A stretch of 63,579 nt of DNA, the filler included, from Choristocarpus tenellus KU-1152 (taxonomy: Eukaryota > Protista > Phaeophyceae), in NCBI GenBank assembly GCA_964200185.2. It is 9 parts of 9 records of this genome, joined end to end, with 100 filler letters (N's around TTAATTAATTAA, not from the genome) between each part and the next. Parts side by side here need not be neighbours in the genome. Positions count along the whole stretch, not along the records: positions 5,245 to 27,848 come from CAXNAD020000283.1; positions 27,949 to 34,625 come from CAXNAD020007588.1; positions 34,726 to 38,000 come from CAXNAD020021104.1; positions 38,101 to 44,180 come from CAXNAD020008991.1; 5 more parts are not named here. One strand, given 5' to 3'. Every line of letters starts with the position of its first letter. Within the stretch, counting starts at the first letter, position 1. Of this stretch, positions 22,770 to 41,500 are shown piece after piece. Under the pieces are notes generated by a model, which saw only the letters and a list, made by a program, of their open reading frames with translations, was not told the DNA's origin and ran no database searches. Made by a program: the position numbers and the translations under genes.

Positions 22770-22950
22770 GACTTAAAGTATCTGGGAGGGGGGGGTCTAC
22801 ACCAAGGTGTCCATTTGGGCCATGATGACCAGGAAAAATGCACTTCCATTATCCATCCGCCGTATGCAACCAAATCATCCAAAAATCGCGACATGAAAAA
22901 ATTGACCTCAAAGGGACAGTCGTCACCCCCCCCCCCAGATACTTTGAGCC
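22770..22950. mobile_element. MITE family A, complete copy with 3-bp TSD TCA (PIF/Harbinger-like)
   Basis: tca|gacttaaagtatctggga...ccagatactttgagcc|tca. Partial copies at 5245-5263, 27699-27848, 27949-27975, 34726-34795, 44281-44341 and ~63536-63561; a related end at ~42685. Confidence 0.88.
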
Positions 22951-23554
22951 TCAGGGTCTTCCCCTTCTCTTCTCTGCACTTCATGCACATACCTTCGCTT
23001 GCACTCCCAGGACTATTCTGCAAATACGTTGGTGGCATTGGTGACCCAGTTTCTGCAGTGAAGTATGTAATGTTTGAAGCGACATCATTGTGACATGGAT
23101 ATTTTACCAAGAAACGGACATAACGGAACGGTTATTGTTGGAATACCCTGTCGTGGACTGGAGCACTTGACTGTGCTCTGAAGTGTGTGATCTTGGAAGT
23201 GTTAAAGTATAGGCTACTCATTTGTTCTTTTTAAGGCGATTCAGTACCACCAGTCAATACTGACAGTTGATTGGTCCGTTACGTACTAGTCGTTACTTTC
23301 ACTAGCTCATCATCACAACATCAATTACCTTCAGAACATCGCAGTATAGAACAGTTGTTCCCCACCACACATACATGAATAGTATGCGTCACTTGAGTTA
23401 TATCAGTTACTGATTAAAGTTTGTTCCGTTGTTCCGTTGTTTGTTCTTATTTTTTATTTCTCTTTTTTTTTTAGGAGCAGAAGACCCCAACTGCCTGTTA
23501 ATTGTTTATTTTATTTTTTCTCGGTTGGCGTTGTCCTTTACATAAGACAAAACA

Positions 23555-23860
23555 TCACTTTGCGTCAAGTGTACTTGATGCACACCTGAATGCCATATAT
23601 TCAGAGTTAAAACATTTAAAGACACCCTTGTCCGCCAAAGTAACAAGTCTCTTCTTAGAGCATGCATTTCTTCTTAGTAGGGTGTACCAAGGAAGAACAT
23701 CGAATACACATCATCCATCTTCTCTAACTGAGTAAGTCATGACTTCAGTTATAACAAAACCAATTCACTGGTGCTTTGGCGCACTATGACACCTCTTCGC
23801 ATCACAAACTACCCATTCCACACGAAACCACGCCTCATTCGATTCAAGTTTCAACAGGAA
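23555..23860. repeat. Unclassified interspersed repeat
   Basis: Aligns by eye with ~36260-36555 (aagtgtac...atattcagagttaaa...gcactatgacacctcttc). Shorter reverse-complement pieces occur at ~26040-26270. Confidence 0.65.
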
Positions 23861-24429
23861 AAAACATTGTAGTGTTAAATATATATATATATATATATTG
23901 ATCTTGTCGATATCACGAATTCCTTTCAATTTGATGGTGGATCTTTTCTTCTTCAGAGGAAATCTCACATTCCAGGAGAGAAATCGCACCCCTCATTTCC
24001 GACTTCTTCATATGTCGCACAAACATGGTCGTGGATTGTTTCTTTCACCTGTCTCCATGTTACGTTTGTCGTGCGTGGAATGACTGGGATGATGTGGAGC
24101 ACAGAGATTAGGAACCTGTTCTCCGACCTATAGCATTAAAGAGGGGGAGAAGGTTTTACCCTGTTTGTCCGTTCGGGGCTTGGCATCCCACTGTTTTTTT
24201 GTGCCCTTTATCGTTATTTAGTGTGAACATTTCGGATTTCGGAGCAGGTAATATGTTTCTGGAGCAAGGATGTTGACACTTGCTAACAAAAACGATGGAT
24301 TTATGACACCGAACGGACCCGGGCCTCCTGCCCTCTTAAATGCTTTCACTTTTACACCCTGCACTAACTCAATCATAGAGCTGATTATAGTCCACATAAG
24401 GGACCTCAGGTCGGTGTGGGGGCAGGACG

Positions 24430-24691
24430 TGTTCACGTAGACTCTTCCAACTCTATCGGACAGTTCGATAAAATATGTACGGAGTAAAGGAACAATCAAT
24501 TAGTGGTTGAGTTATCAGAACCTTTTATTAGTGATGAGATGTATGAGAAAATTTATCATAAACAAGGAAATATTTATGATTTTATGGGGTGCTGCATGTC
24601 CCACTTAACTTTAATCACTCTACCGACATCAAGCAATCTTGCTGGGTTTATCACCTTTATCCTCTTTGATGGTTTGAGAGATACTTTAACA
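24430..24691 (+). mobile_element. Probable solo LTR (copia-like family)
   Basis: TGTT...AACA termini. The 5' part matches 44129-44180, which follows a PPT (agcaggggg), and the 3' part matches 38101-38174. No clean TSD. Confidence 0.65.
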
Positions 24692-27600
24692 ACACGATCT
24701 GTTCGCACCTGTGTTTATTGGCATTGAGTCTAAGCACCACTTCATTACTATAAGGACAGACCAGATCCGAGCCTGGCCGTCGTGCCATATTTTGGCTTGC
24801 TACTGCTTCAACTGTATTCGGAGGTTTGATTAATTTGTATCTGTAAGGGGGCACACAACTCTCTCCCTTGAAGGAGATTCCCCTCAAAGTCATCATCTGT
24901 GGTGCGAGGGGATGCCGTCCACCTTTACGGCCACTACTAGAACATGAAGGAGGGGAAGCTGGAGAAGGGCGACATTTACATTGTGCAAATGAAGGAGTCC
25001 AAGTGGAGGGGTTTGGGGTTCCTTCCAAACGCTATCAGAGTGAGGTGGTAGGGTGGAATGTAGGGTGGAATGCAGTGCAACACTTGAGCTCTGGTAGACA
25101 GTTCAAGGTAGGCGACAAGGATGTGCTTTCATCTTGGAGGACTTAAGCGTGTTTAACATAACCTGGATGGAGGGCCTCCTGACCATGAAGTTGGTGAACT
25201 TGGACAAGGTGAGAGTGTGTTTCAGACTCAGGATATTGTGAGAAAAGTTGGTACATCCTCAGAGAGAATGTTAACAAGCATTATCAGCATGTGTTGTTCA
25301 CCCGACTCCAAAAATAAAAAGTTGGACATGTCCTGGTTTCCATATACAGTCTAGTCCATGTACAGCTTGGGACAACCTGCTTTGTCAGCATATATTTTTC
25401 AACTTTGATAACCTCGCAAGACGTTATCCCGGAATAGTACGGATTTTCACATTTTCCCACCATTTTGTAAAATTACAGATCGATAAATAATACATTTCTA
25501 ACTGCTCCGCGTAAAGCTCTACTTCTTCAAACATACGCCGTTTTCGGCACATGCACAATTCCGTAGTTGCTGAAATTGGATTAATGTCAGAGTTTGTTCT
25601 AAAAATCTTATCAACTTCCTCTGTTTATTAGAATTAAATGTAACATAACTTTTGCAACCTCTGTTCTCTCACGAGAACAACCCATGCGATGAATCCTCTG
25701 GATGAGACTTAATTCTCGTAGAGATTGGGAGACGTGCACATTTTAAGATGATGAGCTGTCGTGATTGTGGAGGATCACCATTGCAATGTTCGAAAACCTC
25801 GTGAAATTGTTACAGCAGGTGTTTAGTGGGACGCCTAGGATGAACCCCTCCCTTGTTCGAGCGGCTAGCTCATCCCGTTGTTGCCGGTTGGTTCCAATTC
25901 TCCAGCCTAGAAGTCTGCCTAGGGTCCAGACTCAAGCACCCCAACGAAGAACAGCATGGTGGCGCGAGGCTTGGATGCCTCGGGGGACATCAGCGGCGAC
26001 TAATGCGGAACACTTCGAAACTTTCCGAATTACTGTATGTTGAAACCTGAGTTCGTATGTGTTGTGCGTTGTTGTGCTGTGTCTAGTTGTGACGCCAAGG
26101 GTATGATAGTGCAACAAAGCACCGTTGAATCTGTTCTGGTAGGACTTGATGCCAAGTTTTACTCAATCAGACAATGGTTCATGTGAAAGTGTGTTTGGTT
26201 GTGCTGTGGTTAGCACGTTTAGAGAAAGGTGTGTATCATAGTGCAACAAAACACCTGTGAATTCGTTCTGGTGCGTCTGACCGCATGTTTTACTCCATCA
26301 GACTATATGGCTGATGTGAAATGTTCTTTGGTACGTCTAACGGCATGTTTTACTCAGACTATGGTTGATGTGAAATGTGTGATCATTCATTGAGACGCTC
26401 AAATTTAGAAATGCATGCTCTGTGAAGAGGCTTGTTACCTTAGCCGAGAAGGGTTTCGAAGGATGTTTTAAACTTTACTTATACCACGTCCCAGCGTATG
26501 TCTGGTACACGTATTGCAGAGTGAGCATGGTGAATTATGAGGGGACAATGACAGTCAAGAAAAATAACAATCAACAACACATGATATACAACTGACAACT
26601 TCTTGTGCGAAGAAGAAGAAAGGGAAAAACAAAGAAGAATTAAGGGGAAGAACTTGAATCAATATCTTTGGGAACTGATACGATACCTGGTATGCCTGTA
26701 TGTGTGATAGGAAGTGACTGTTTACGATTCCGATTTACTGTGGTGTTCTGAAGGTGATTGATGGTGTTGTGATGAGGAGCTAACGGCGTAAGTGAGAATA
26801 GCGACCATTATAATGGACAAATCAACATTCAGTATGGACAGATGATGCTGTATCGTATTAAAAAAAAATGAGTAGCCTATTTTTTAACGCCGTGTTCCTT
26901 CATTTGAAGGAATATATGACAGCCAAATCACATCAGGTGACTGTATGGACCTTGCATGACGTTGCAAGGGCTGCAAAAATGATGTTACATTTAATTCTGA
27001 ACGGAGGAACAACCCTTGCTCCAACCGTCCATGTATTTTCCTTCAGGACACACCACTACACCCGCATGTGGTTCCACTTCAGTGCACTTTCCTACCTGAC
27101 TTATGACGTGCTTCATCTTCACAACAATGTTACCCATATCGACCATCTGGGAGAGTACCTAAGGTTCATCTGACTCTAGTCTCCCGATCGGTGGGCCCTC
27201 CTATTATCTGAGGCGCTGAGGCCATGTTTATACCAGAGACATGTTTCATTTTTTGTTGTTGTGGCATGTCCTTCTCAAAAGGAAAAGTCAACGACATGCT
27301 CAATATCAATGTCAGCAGACTGGGCTTCAGCATGAACTATGATGGCTCTGGTAGGGAAGAATTGCCACCAGGAGTGCGGAAGCACATAGACAAGGGAGAT
27401 GTTGAGGAAGGTGTCCTACAGCTAGATGTGGTTGTTGTGGTCACTATATAGAATTGTGTCGTTTTTGACCATCCCGAGAGCTCTTGTTGATGGTCAAGCA
27501 CTGAACAATGAGGAACAAGTATCTCACTAATCATAACCGCACTTCTTGTGGCCTTGAGCTAGGCAATAACTACGTGAAAGGAAAGCTCAAAGACAGACAG

Positions 27601-27698
27601 TTCCACTTAGAGCGCGCTGTCCTTAATGTACAATTAACCTTGGAAGGTATTGCTATTTGATCAGTAGCAAAGACAAAACGGTATGGAGCCTCGCATGA

Positions 27699-27848
27699 GG
27701 CTCAAAGTATCTGGGAGGGAGTGGCGGCTGTCCATTTGGCGTCAATTTTTTCATATCGCGATTTTTTGGTGATTTGGTTGCATACGTCGGATGGATAATG
27801 TAAATGCACTTTTCTTGATTTTGATTGAAATTGACACCCTCGTGTAGA
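27699..27848. mobile_element. MITE family A copy in reverse orientation, truncated by the contig end
   Basis: tga|ggctcaaagtatctgggaggg followed by the reverse complement of the family A body. Confidence 0.85.
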
Positions 27849-28495
27849 NNNNNNNNNNNNNNNNNNNNNNNNNNNNNNNNNNNNNNNNNNNNTTAATTAA
27901 TTAANNNNNNNNNNNNNNNNNNNNNNNNNNNNNNNNNNNNNNNNNNNNCCCCCCCTCCTCCAGATACTTTGAGCCACTGACCCAGAACAGAATATCCAAC
28001 TATGAGTAATGGTTAGAGAAGAAAAAGTACACTTTGAAATTCAAGTACTCTGTAGTAATATAAAAATACAATATAGTCACTAGGAACAATAAAAACACTT
28101 GCATCCCTCTAGAGCTCAACTATTTTAACCATTACAAAACTCAACTATCTTCCTAGCACAGCAAAAGTGACTTAGTGGTAATTGGTCCTGATAAAAACCT
28201 TCAAATAGCAAAACATCTCTACAAAATATCTCACTCTCTAAGGTATCATTCGCCCCTACTGGTTGTGAAAGAGAGACATGAAGAGAATACATCAATATCC
28301 TTCAATTTCCATATACATGCAAATCCTAACCCTAACCCTAACCCATATTCTAAAGATATTATCAACAATGCCTTGCTTGAAAAACACACAGCAATCACTA
28401 AGGGGAAACAGCCTTGCAAGGACCGGTCCTATTACTGAAACTATTGCACTGCTAGTATTACTCCTATAGATAGTACTAACCCTAACCCTAATTAC

Positions 28496-34358
<5,863 letters not shown>

Positions 34359-37300
34359 CTAAAGACAAAATAAAGCAAGAAAGCAAGGGATGAGGGGAGA
34401 GAGGGAAGCATCACATTAGATGAATACTGATGAAGTTCAAGCAGAATAAACAACCATACACCCATGCAGATACACCCACATAGATACCAAATTTGTCTTG
34501 ACACAAAGACACCACCTACAAATCTCCAACACAATCACACACTCAGGACAAAATATATTTCCCCCTCCCCCCCCCCCCCCCCCCCCCCCCCCACCCACAA
34601 CCCCCAAACACCACACCCCACACCCNNNNNNNNNNNNNNNNNNNNNNNNNNNNNNNNNNNNNNNNNNNNTTAATTAATTAANNNNNNNNNNNNNNNNNNN
34701 NNNNNNNNNNNNNNNNNNNNNNNNNCCAAAAATCGCGACATGAAAAAATGGACCCCAAATGGACAGCCGCCACCCCCTCCCAGATACTTTGAGCCTCAGC
34801 AATACCAATTCACTATGGGTACATAGAACGAGAGTATAGCTTATACTTATCCATATCTTACTTTCCTCGCTTTCCATGTTATACACACCACTCAATATAC
34901 TGCCTCTCCTCTTTCAATAAAATAAAACCTCGGGAACATCAACGCTGTATTGAACATCACTACGTGGACTTATCCATACCTTACTTGTCCCTTCTTTGAT
35001 GTTCACACACCCACTGATGTACCACCTCTGCTCTTGCTACCACTAACCCTCTGCTACACCAATACTTCGTAGAGCACCACCCATGGAACAATACCGCATG
35101 TATCGCTTGTACATTATACTGGGGGTGCGACTTATCCTTGTTCATATTTACTTTCTTCTTCTTTGATTTTGCCTACATCCACTGATGTAGCACCTCTCCT
35201 CTTCGTGCCATTACCCATTTTGTACAACAATCCTACATCAAGCAGCTACCACACAGAAATACATTATCTTTCTGCGCAACAGTGATATACATCAACTACC
35301 AATCATTTCACTAATATTTTCAACCCTCTCCTACACCACCGCACATGATACACCTAGTACAGTTGTGCACTCTTCTCCAGTATCCGTCATGCCTCAAATG
35401 TTCTTCATTTTGGCAGGTTACCCCCATCTCAGTCGAGGTCTGTATAAGTCGCCCAACCACCGCAATACTACCGGACTCAACACAACGACCTTTGATGAGG
35501 GGCTGACCTTCAGAGCTTTTCCAGTTATTCCACCTGATATCATCATTGATGAGCCAGATCACAACTTCTACTTTACAGGAAGACAACGCCAAATTGACAT
35601 ATATATATATAGAGAGAGAATTCCCACAGCATACACTTCTCTTTCAGCTAAGTAGTAGAGGTTGCTTGTGACCACATCAGGATTCTCCATTCCATTCCCC
35701 TACGATAACGTATTTAGGTCATCCACCCAGGGTGAATCCCGAGGTTCTACAGAAGAAGGTCAACAATTCTCGAAGGAACCAAACTGGTACCTAGCCTCGG
35801 ATGTCTATACATTCAAACGTTTTACCGTTTTTCACAACTTTACTCTTCAGGTATCAGATGTTATTTGCAACTTCTGTTCGTGGTATAATAACCTTGCCCT
35901 GTTAAAACATAGACCCCTGATCTTTTGGGTCATTGGTACGACACATTATTACCAATTCATATAGACTGTTGATTCGCGCATCGTTACTGGTCGTTACTCA
36001 CAGCTGCATCGTTGGCACCTCATCGTTAGATCATCAATGATCGTTACAATCACATGGTGCATAGCAAGTATGGAACAGTCGACACCTATCAAGCATACAA
36101 GCATAGTGTGTGCCATATGAGTTATGCCAGATATTGATTCAAGTTTGTTTCTTTGTTTTTTGACCTTCACATCAGAATCACCAGTTGTATTTCATATGTT
36201 GATTTTCCTTTTTCTCTGGTTGACCCTGCCCCCACTTAGACCACAAGTTTAATATGCACTAAGTGTACCTGAAACACAACTGGATGCAATATATTCAGAG
36301 TTAAAGTATCCACAAAACCCTTCTTCACAAGGTGACAAGACCTTTACACAGAGAGCATGAACCTCTTCCTTTGAACGTACCAATTAATACCTAACAACAC
36401 TACACCAAATAACCTCTGAATGTGCAAAGCATGACGTCACTAGGTTCATCAGCCTGAATTCTCTGGTGCTTCATTGCACTATGACACCTCTTCACCACAA
36501 CCAACCTGTCACTGTATAAGAGCACGATTTATTCGATCCCAGGTTCCAGCAGGTGACGAGTCTCACAAGATTCCCCTTTGCGGTATCATTCGATATCTCA
36601 CATGGAGAGTAACAAACCCCTTCAGCATGTTGCACCTTTTAAAGTGAACTTGCCATTAGGGGCCAATGCCATATATCATATTGCATGTTCCACACTTTGT
36701 ACCTCTCTGCACAAGAGCAACAGCAGTGAACCTTAGGTGAAGAAGGATGAGGGTACACGTACTTGAGTGTTGCGTGGGTCAATATGAAGGTCGATTGTCG
36801 GGAAACGTTTTAATCCAAGCGCACTTTGATCCATTCAACGTGACAGTATTTATCCCTCGTTGGTCTTTCCCTCAACTCTGAAATCAGCAGTTTTTGTGGT
36901 TTTCGTTCTGGTTTACACCGTTCTTGGACTGTGATGTACAAATTGGAGTGCTGCAAGGCTCAATATGAAGGTCTGGGATTGAGAAAGGTTTAATCAAAGC
37001 GTACTTTGATATGTTCGCTGTGACAGTATTGAGCCTTGATTAAACATTTCCTTCACTTCCTTGTGGTACAGTTTTGACTTTTCCCCTCACACATCTCCAA
37101 AATGTCATGTCATTATAATACAATACACTAGCAATATCACAACTTGTCATGACCCTTAAATTTGTTTCCCCCAACACAAAAAAGGTTAGAAGGCATACTG
37201 ACAAATATTTTCTATATCCTTCCTATTATGTTCTAGAATTTTTGAGCGTACTTAAAACAATGTTCCTTGTATGTCTTCCCGTCTATTGTTTCATCACTTG

Positions 37301-38221
37301 AATAACTTGCCTTATAATACCGAAAAAGGATTAGGAATAAACAGAGGAAAAGTACTATTTCCCCTCCTACCATGTGAATGTATGAAGAACGGAATCTAAA
37401 GGACTTTTTTGGTCAAAATATTTTAAGATCACCTTTTCTGGACTATTGCTCGTAAAATTTTGTCACAAAATCTCTTTTTTGGAAGCTAAGAAGGAAATTC
37501 TTGTGTATAGTATAAATATATGTACCACTTCACTCAAACTTGTGAAACAAGGATGGATCAATGAGTTTTTTATTTTCAGTCTCTTAAACTTGTTTGCTAC
37601 TTTCATTACTACTCATTAATAACTAGAATAAGTACTTTATTTTGCCCTCTTATCATTATTTACATAATGCGTTACGAATATTGAGTTCACTTCTTTAACA
37701 CTTCTGCAAAATCTTGGAGGGTATAATAGTATTTTATTTTATTATTATGATTTCTGATATTTTGCAGATTTGTCATGGGGGAAACCAATGAAAACTATAC
37801 ACATGTCGTTATAAGCCCTAAATAAATAAAATATCCTAAACTTAAGAACACTATAAAACACCGTAAGTGTGGAAACAACTAATCTATCAGTTACTTCACC
37901 GATATAAAACATTGTACTACTATCGTCCTTTGCTTCCCATCTACCTACTCCTGTTCCCCTGGGGGGGGAACTAGGGAGGCATCCCAAGAATCCAACAGAC
38001 NNNNNNNNNNNNNNNNNNNNNNNNNNNNNNNNNNNNNNNNNNNNTTAATTAATTAANNNNNNNNNNNNNNNNNNNNNNNNNNNNNNNNNNNNNNNNNNNN
38101 CTCTACAGACACCAAGCAATCTCGCCGGGTTTATCACCTTTATCCTCTTTGATGATTTTGGGGATACTTCAACACATAGCACTCGCTCTCCCAGGCCCGA
38201 AGTCTATCATAGTTGAAGGAT

Positions 38222-40647
38222 TTACCTGCTAGACGCTCGCATGGCGTCTCTCCTCCGATATTCATGTGGCATGCCTCCAGTCTTGAAGGTAACGTCCGTG
38301 ATGACAAAGAACCAGTACTCGTCGCCCAGTCCAGCTTTTACCGGTTGACTCCTTGCTGCCCCCATGAGTTGCTTTATCGCCCTTTCGGTGATTGCATTGC
38401 TTTGTGGTGTTCTCGGTGGAGATTTTCTCCATCGGGTACCGTTGTTCGCCAGCATCCTTTTGAACTTCACTGATCTCCCAAGCTCGCCAGCACCATCCCC
38501 ACTGAAGCATTTGACTGGTATACCTTCCCTGGCCATCTGGTCGATATAAGCAGCGGTTGCGTCCGTCGCTGCGTTTTTTGTCTTCAATCCATCAACCCTC
38601 TTGTCTCTGCTGCTCTCATCGATGAACACACCTGAAAATATTGATGGCCAGTGATGTCTGCTTTAAAAGGTCTCGCCAAATCTGTGGGTACAACCTCGCC
38701 GGGCTGCTTGGGGGTCCTGCCACCCCATCGGTAACTTAGGGCTTCGGACTTGCATTCCTTGCAGGTCTCGCATTGCAGTTCTGACGCCACAGTAGCATCG
38801 GTGATCTCTAACAGTCCACGCTTCTCGAGGTGCTTGATAGCTGAAGGGCTGATGTGACCTAATATGCTGTGCCAGTCCTTTAATGTCAGCCTCTGCTTTT
38901 GGTTGGCTCGTGCAGCGCTGACTCTCGATTCTTGTTCCAAGTTGATTATGGTTCCAGTTAAATTTAAGAACCCGCCCGATTTTTGTAGGTTTATCTTGGG
39001 CGAATTCTTGGAGGCGCCCTCAGATAACTTTCTTTTGTTCCTGAATCAATTGATTCTCCTCCATTCCGTCGTATACTTCCAGTGCTCAATATGCGGCATG
39101 GTAGACCTGGGACCCATAGAACATCCTTCAGAACCATCCTTGTTGGTTTGCCGTCCTTGTCCGTCACCATTAGAACCGTATCCCCGGTTTCCTTTGCTTC
39201 CAATTTCCCATTGTTTCCGAAGGTGCATGTGCGTTTGGTGTCCCGAGTTCTTCTGTGATCTTCACGATCAGGTGTAAGATGTACATTTGCTCCTGAGTCG
39301 CATAATATCTCGGCTTGTCTTCCACTGGAGGAGTTGAACACCGCACTTTTGTTAACCTCCTCGTCTGTTGTCACCTTGAAACTGGAGAAGGAGCGCGCTT
39401 GGTTTCCGTCGACTTTGTTGCTGCTCGCATGAGTTGGAGGTGGCGGAAATGTTCCGGGTGCCATCCCAGGCGGACGTGTTGCTGGCGGCTTTCCATTTAA
39501 GTATCGATACCAATTCTGCCATCGATGGTTCATCCTTAAACAATTCCACATTGGTTTGGTCTGAGGCCACTTCCAGCTGATCCTTCGGTCTTCCGAGCAT
39601 GGCCATTCTTCACATTGCCATGCATTGCTAATACTCCATCATGACCATCTTAACCCGAGTGAAGGTAAGTTGTCAACAAGATAACTGCTCGTTTGAGCTC
39701 CTCATAGGCTGATGTCCCGGCGTGTTATCAATTGCGCGAACATATATGACATTGATTCATTGATTCTAAGTAGTATTGGTGCCCTTTTCATGTTTTCGGA
39801 TTTAGGCTCCTTGAGCTCCTCGAATTCCGAAAATAGTCCTTCGAGTTTGACGACAAAATCGATGCTGTGCACCGTAATTCGCGGAGTTTTTCCTCCTACG
39901 TGATTTTTTGTACGGGGATTTTGTCCTCCGCGCGTCCAGCGTAGACTCGTTCTAGTTCCAACCAAGCTTCTCTGCCGTCTGATTGACCTCCATTGTCGTA
40001 TTTGGCGACAATCGTGGATGCTGATCCTTTCGTTGTTTGTAGAAGGAGGAACCATAAAGCCTTCTTATTCTTGGAGTGTGTGGCATGTGCCGTACGCACT
40101 GCCTCTCCAGAGATGGTGGTGGGTGTTTCGGGAATCTCGTAATCCCTTGTCGTAATCTCGTACAAGCCCTTTCCACCAGCGTAGGCGATCAGTGGCAGTC
40201 TCCAAGTTGACCAGGTCTCCAATGAGCTTCCTGTCGCCCCTGTCCCGACAGCAAGTTTCTTCAGGTCAGTCTCCATACTACTTAGGCTCATAACCTGTGC
40301 AAATTACCTTGGGAGGTAACGCTATTTCTCAGTAGTGAAGATAAGAGAGTGTGAAGCCTCACATGACCCCCTTTGCTGAACGTGAAAAATAATGGATGGT
40401 TGAAATTTAGAAGAGTGACCTTTGTGTGTGGTGTCTTCTCTTTGCTTGTTTATTATTTATTTGTGCTTCCTATCTGAGTCAACAGTCATGTCAAAGTAGT
40501 TGAATGCAGAATAAATACCAATACATATTCCCACACATAATCTGGATGTACCAGTTTATTAGTTACATCACATGGACTCAATTCAACACAATAATCTCAT
40601 ATACACAAAATATGGTACACCTCACTACTATTGTACTATTTTGCACA
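38222..40647 (-). mobile_element. Degenerate Ty1/copia retrotransposon: 5' LTR, PBS, gag, protease, integrase (truncated before RT)
   Basis: LTR 40296-40647 with 8-bp inverted ends tgtgcaaa/tttgcaca, and PBS GGTTATGAGCC at 40285-40295. Frameshifted pieces: gag (GREAWLELERVYAG), protease (ILCDSGANVHLT), integrase Zn-finger (WHSILGH...CETCKECK), integrase core (FIDESSR, GDGAGE, PPRTPQSNAITER). Integrase directly after protease is the copia order. Confidence 0.92.
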
Positions 40648-40689
40648 AGTTGTACTGGCTGCAGTAGTTGGACTTGTCAACGGCCGAGC

Positions 40690-41500
40690 TAGGGACCTGT
40701 TGAGGGTTGCCTCCCCTGCACGGTGACGTTCCACCTCCGTACGGAGTCGTTGACATTCTCGTTGTAACTGTACAAATTCTGCTCGAGGAACCATGTCCAC
40801 GACGAGGGTTGTAGGTCACAGCAGTAGTGTAGTTGTTGGGGTGGAATTATTACCAGACAGATTGTTGGCTTCATGCCGTTTGGCACGGTCACGAGCCTGG
40901 GCAAACGCGGTGCCAGGTTTTTCCCGACTGTGATCGATGCCCGTTCCCTCAACTTCCAGCCTTAGCAGGCTAAAGCGATTCAGGAGGGACAGTGTTTGTT
41001 CTTGCGCACTCGTTGACGTGGTGAACAATGAATGGTGATACAGCATCACCTAACTTGGCCTGCAAAATGGTCACCTCACAAGTAGTGGAACTTGGAGGTG
41101 GGAAAGGTTCTTCCTGAAAGAAGACCCAACGAGTGTCACGGTCGCCCAAGCTAACACGATGCTCAAGGGTCAACGACATGGGTCTGGCATGAACCTGACG
41201 ATCTGTTGGGGGGGAAGGAGGGGAACCTTGTCTACGTTCAGCAAGTGTTATATTCTAGACGAGCTAGATGTGACACTAGACGAGTCGGAGTTGATATCGG
41301 TTGAAGACTCCATGTCCTCTGTGGACTTGTGACCTTGGACCTCTTCCTCTGGGGTTCTGGATGGTTCCAGATGTGGAGTCAGGCGCTCCTGTGCACGACG
41401 TGTTTTCGCCTCGATCTTGAATTCGGCATATTTTGTCCTTTGTCAAACAAAAAATTCCCCGTCACCCTATTTCTGAGGTCACCGGTGTCACCAATGTGAA
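40690..41500 (-). mobile_element. Possible 5' remnant of another LTR element (LTR end, PBS, decayed gag-like sequence)
   Basis: The minus strand reads ttcaca-t-TGGTGACACCGG at ~41482-41500 (LTR end plus tRNA-Trp-like PBS), followed by broken coding-like frames. No diagnostic domain motif. Confidence 0.4.

Noticed and set aside
21100-27600. Coding-looking patches (~21400-22600, ~24870-25280, ~26700-27500)
   Set aside because: Frames are broken and no diagnostic motif was found; probably decayed TEs but not assignable without BLASTX.
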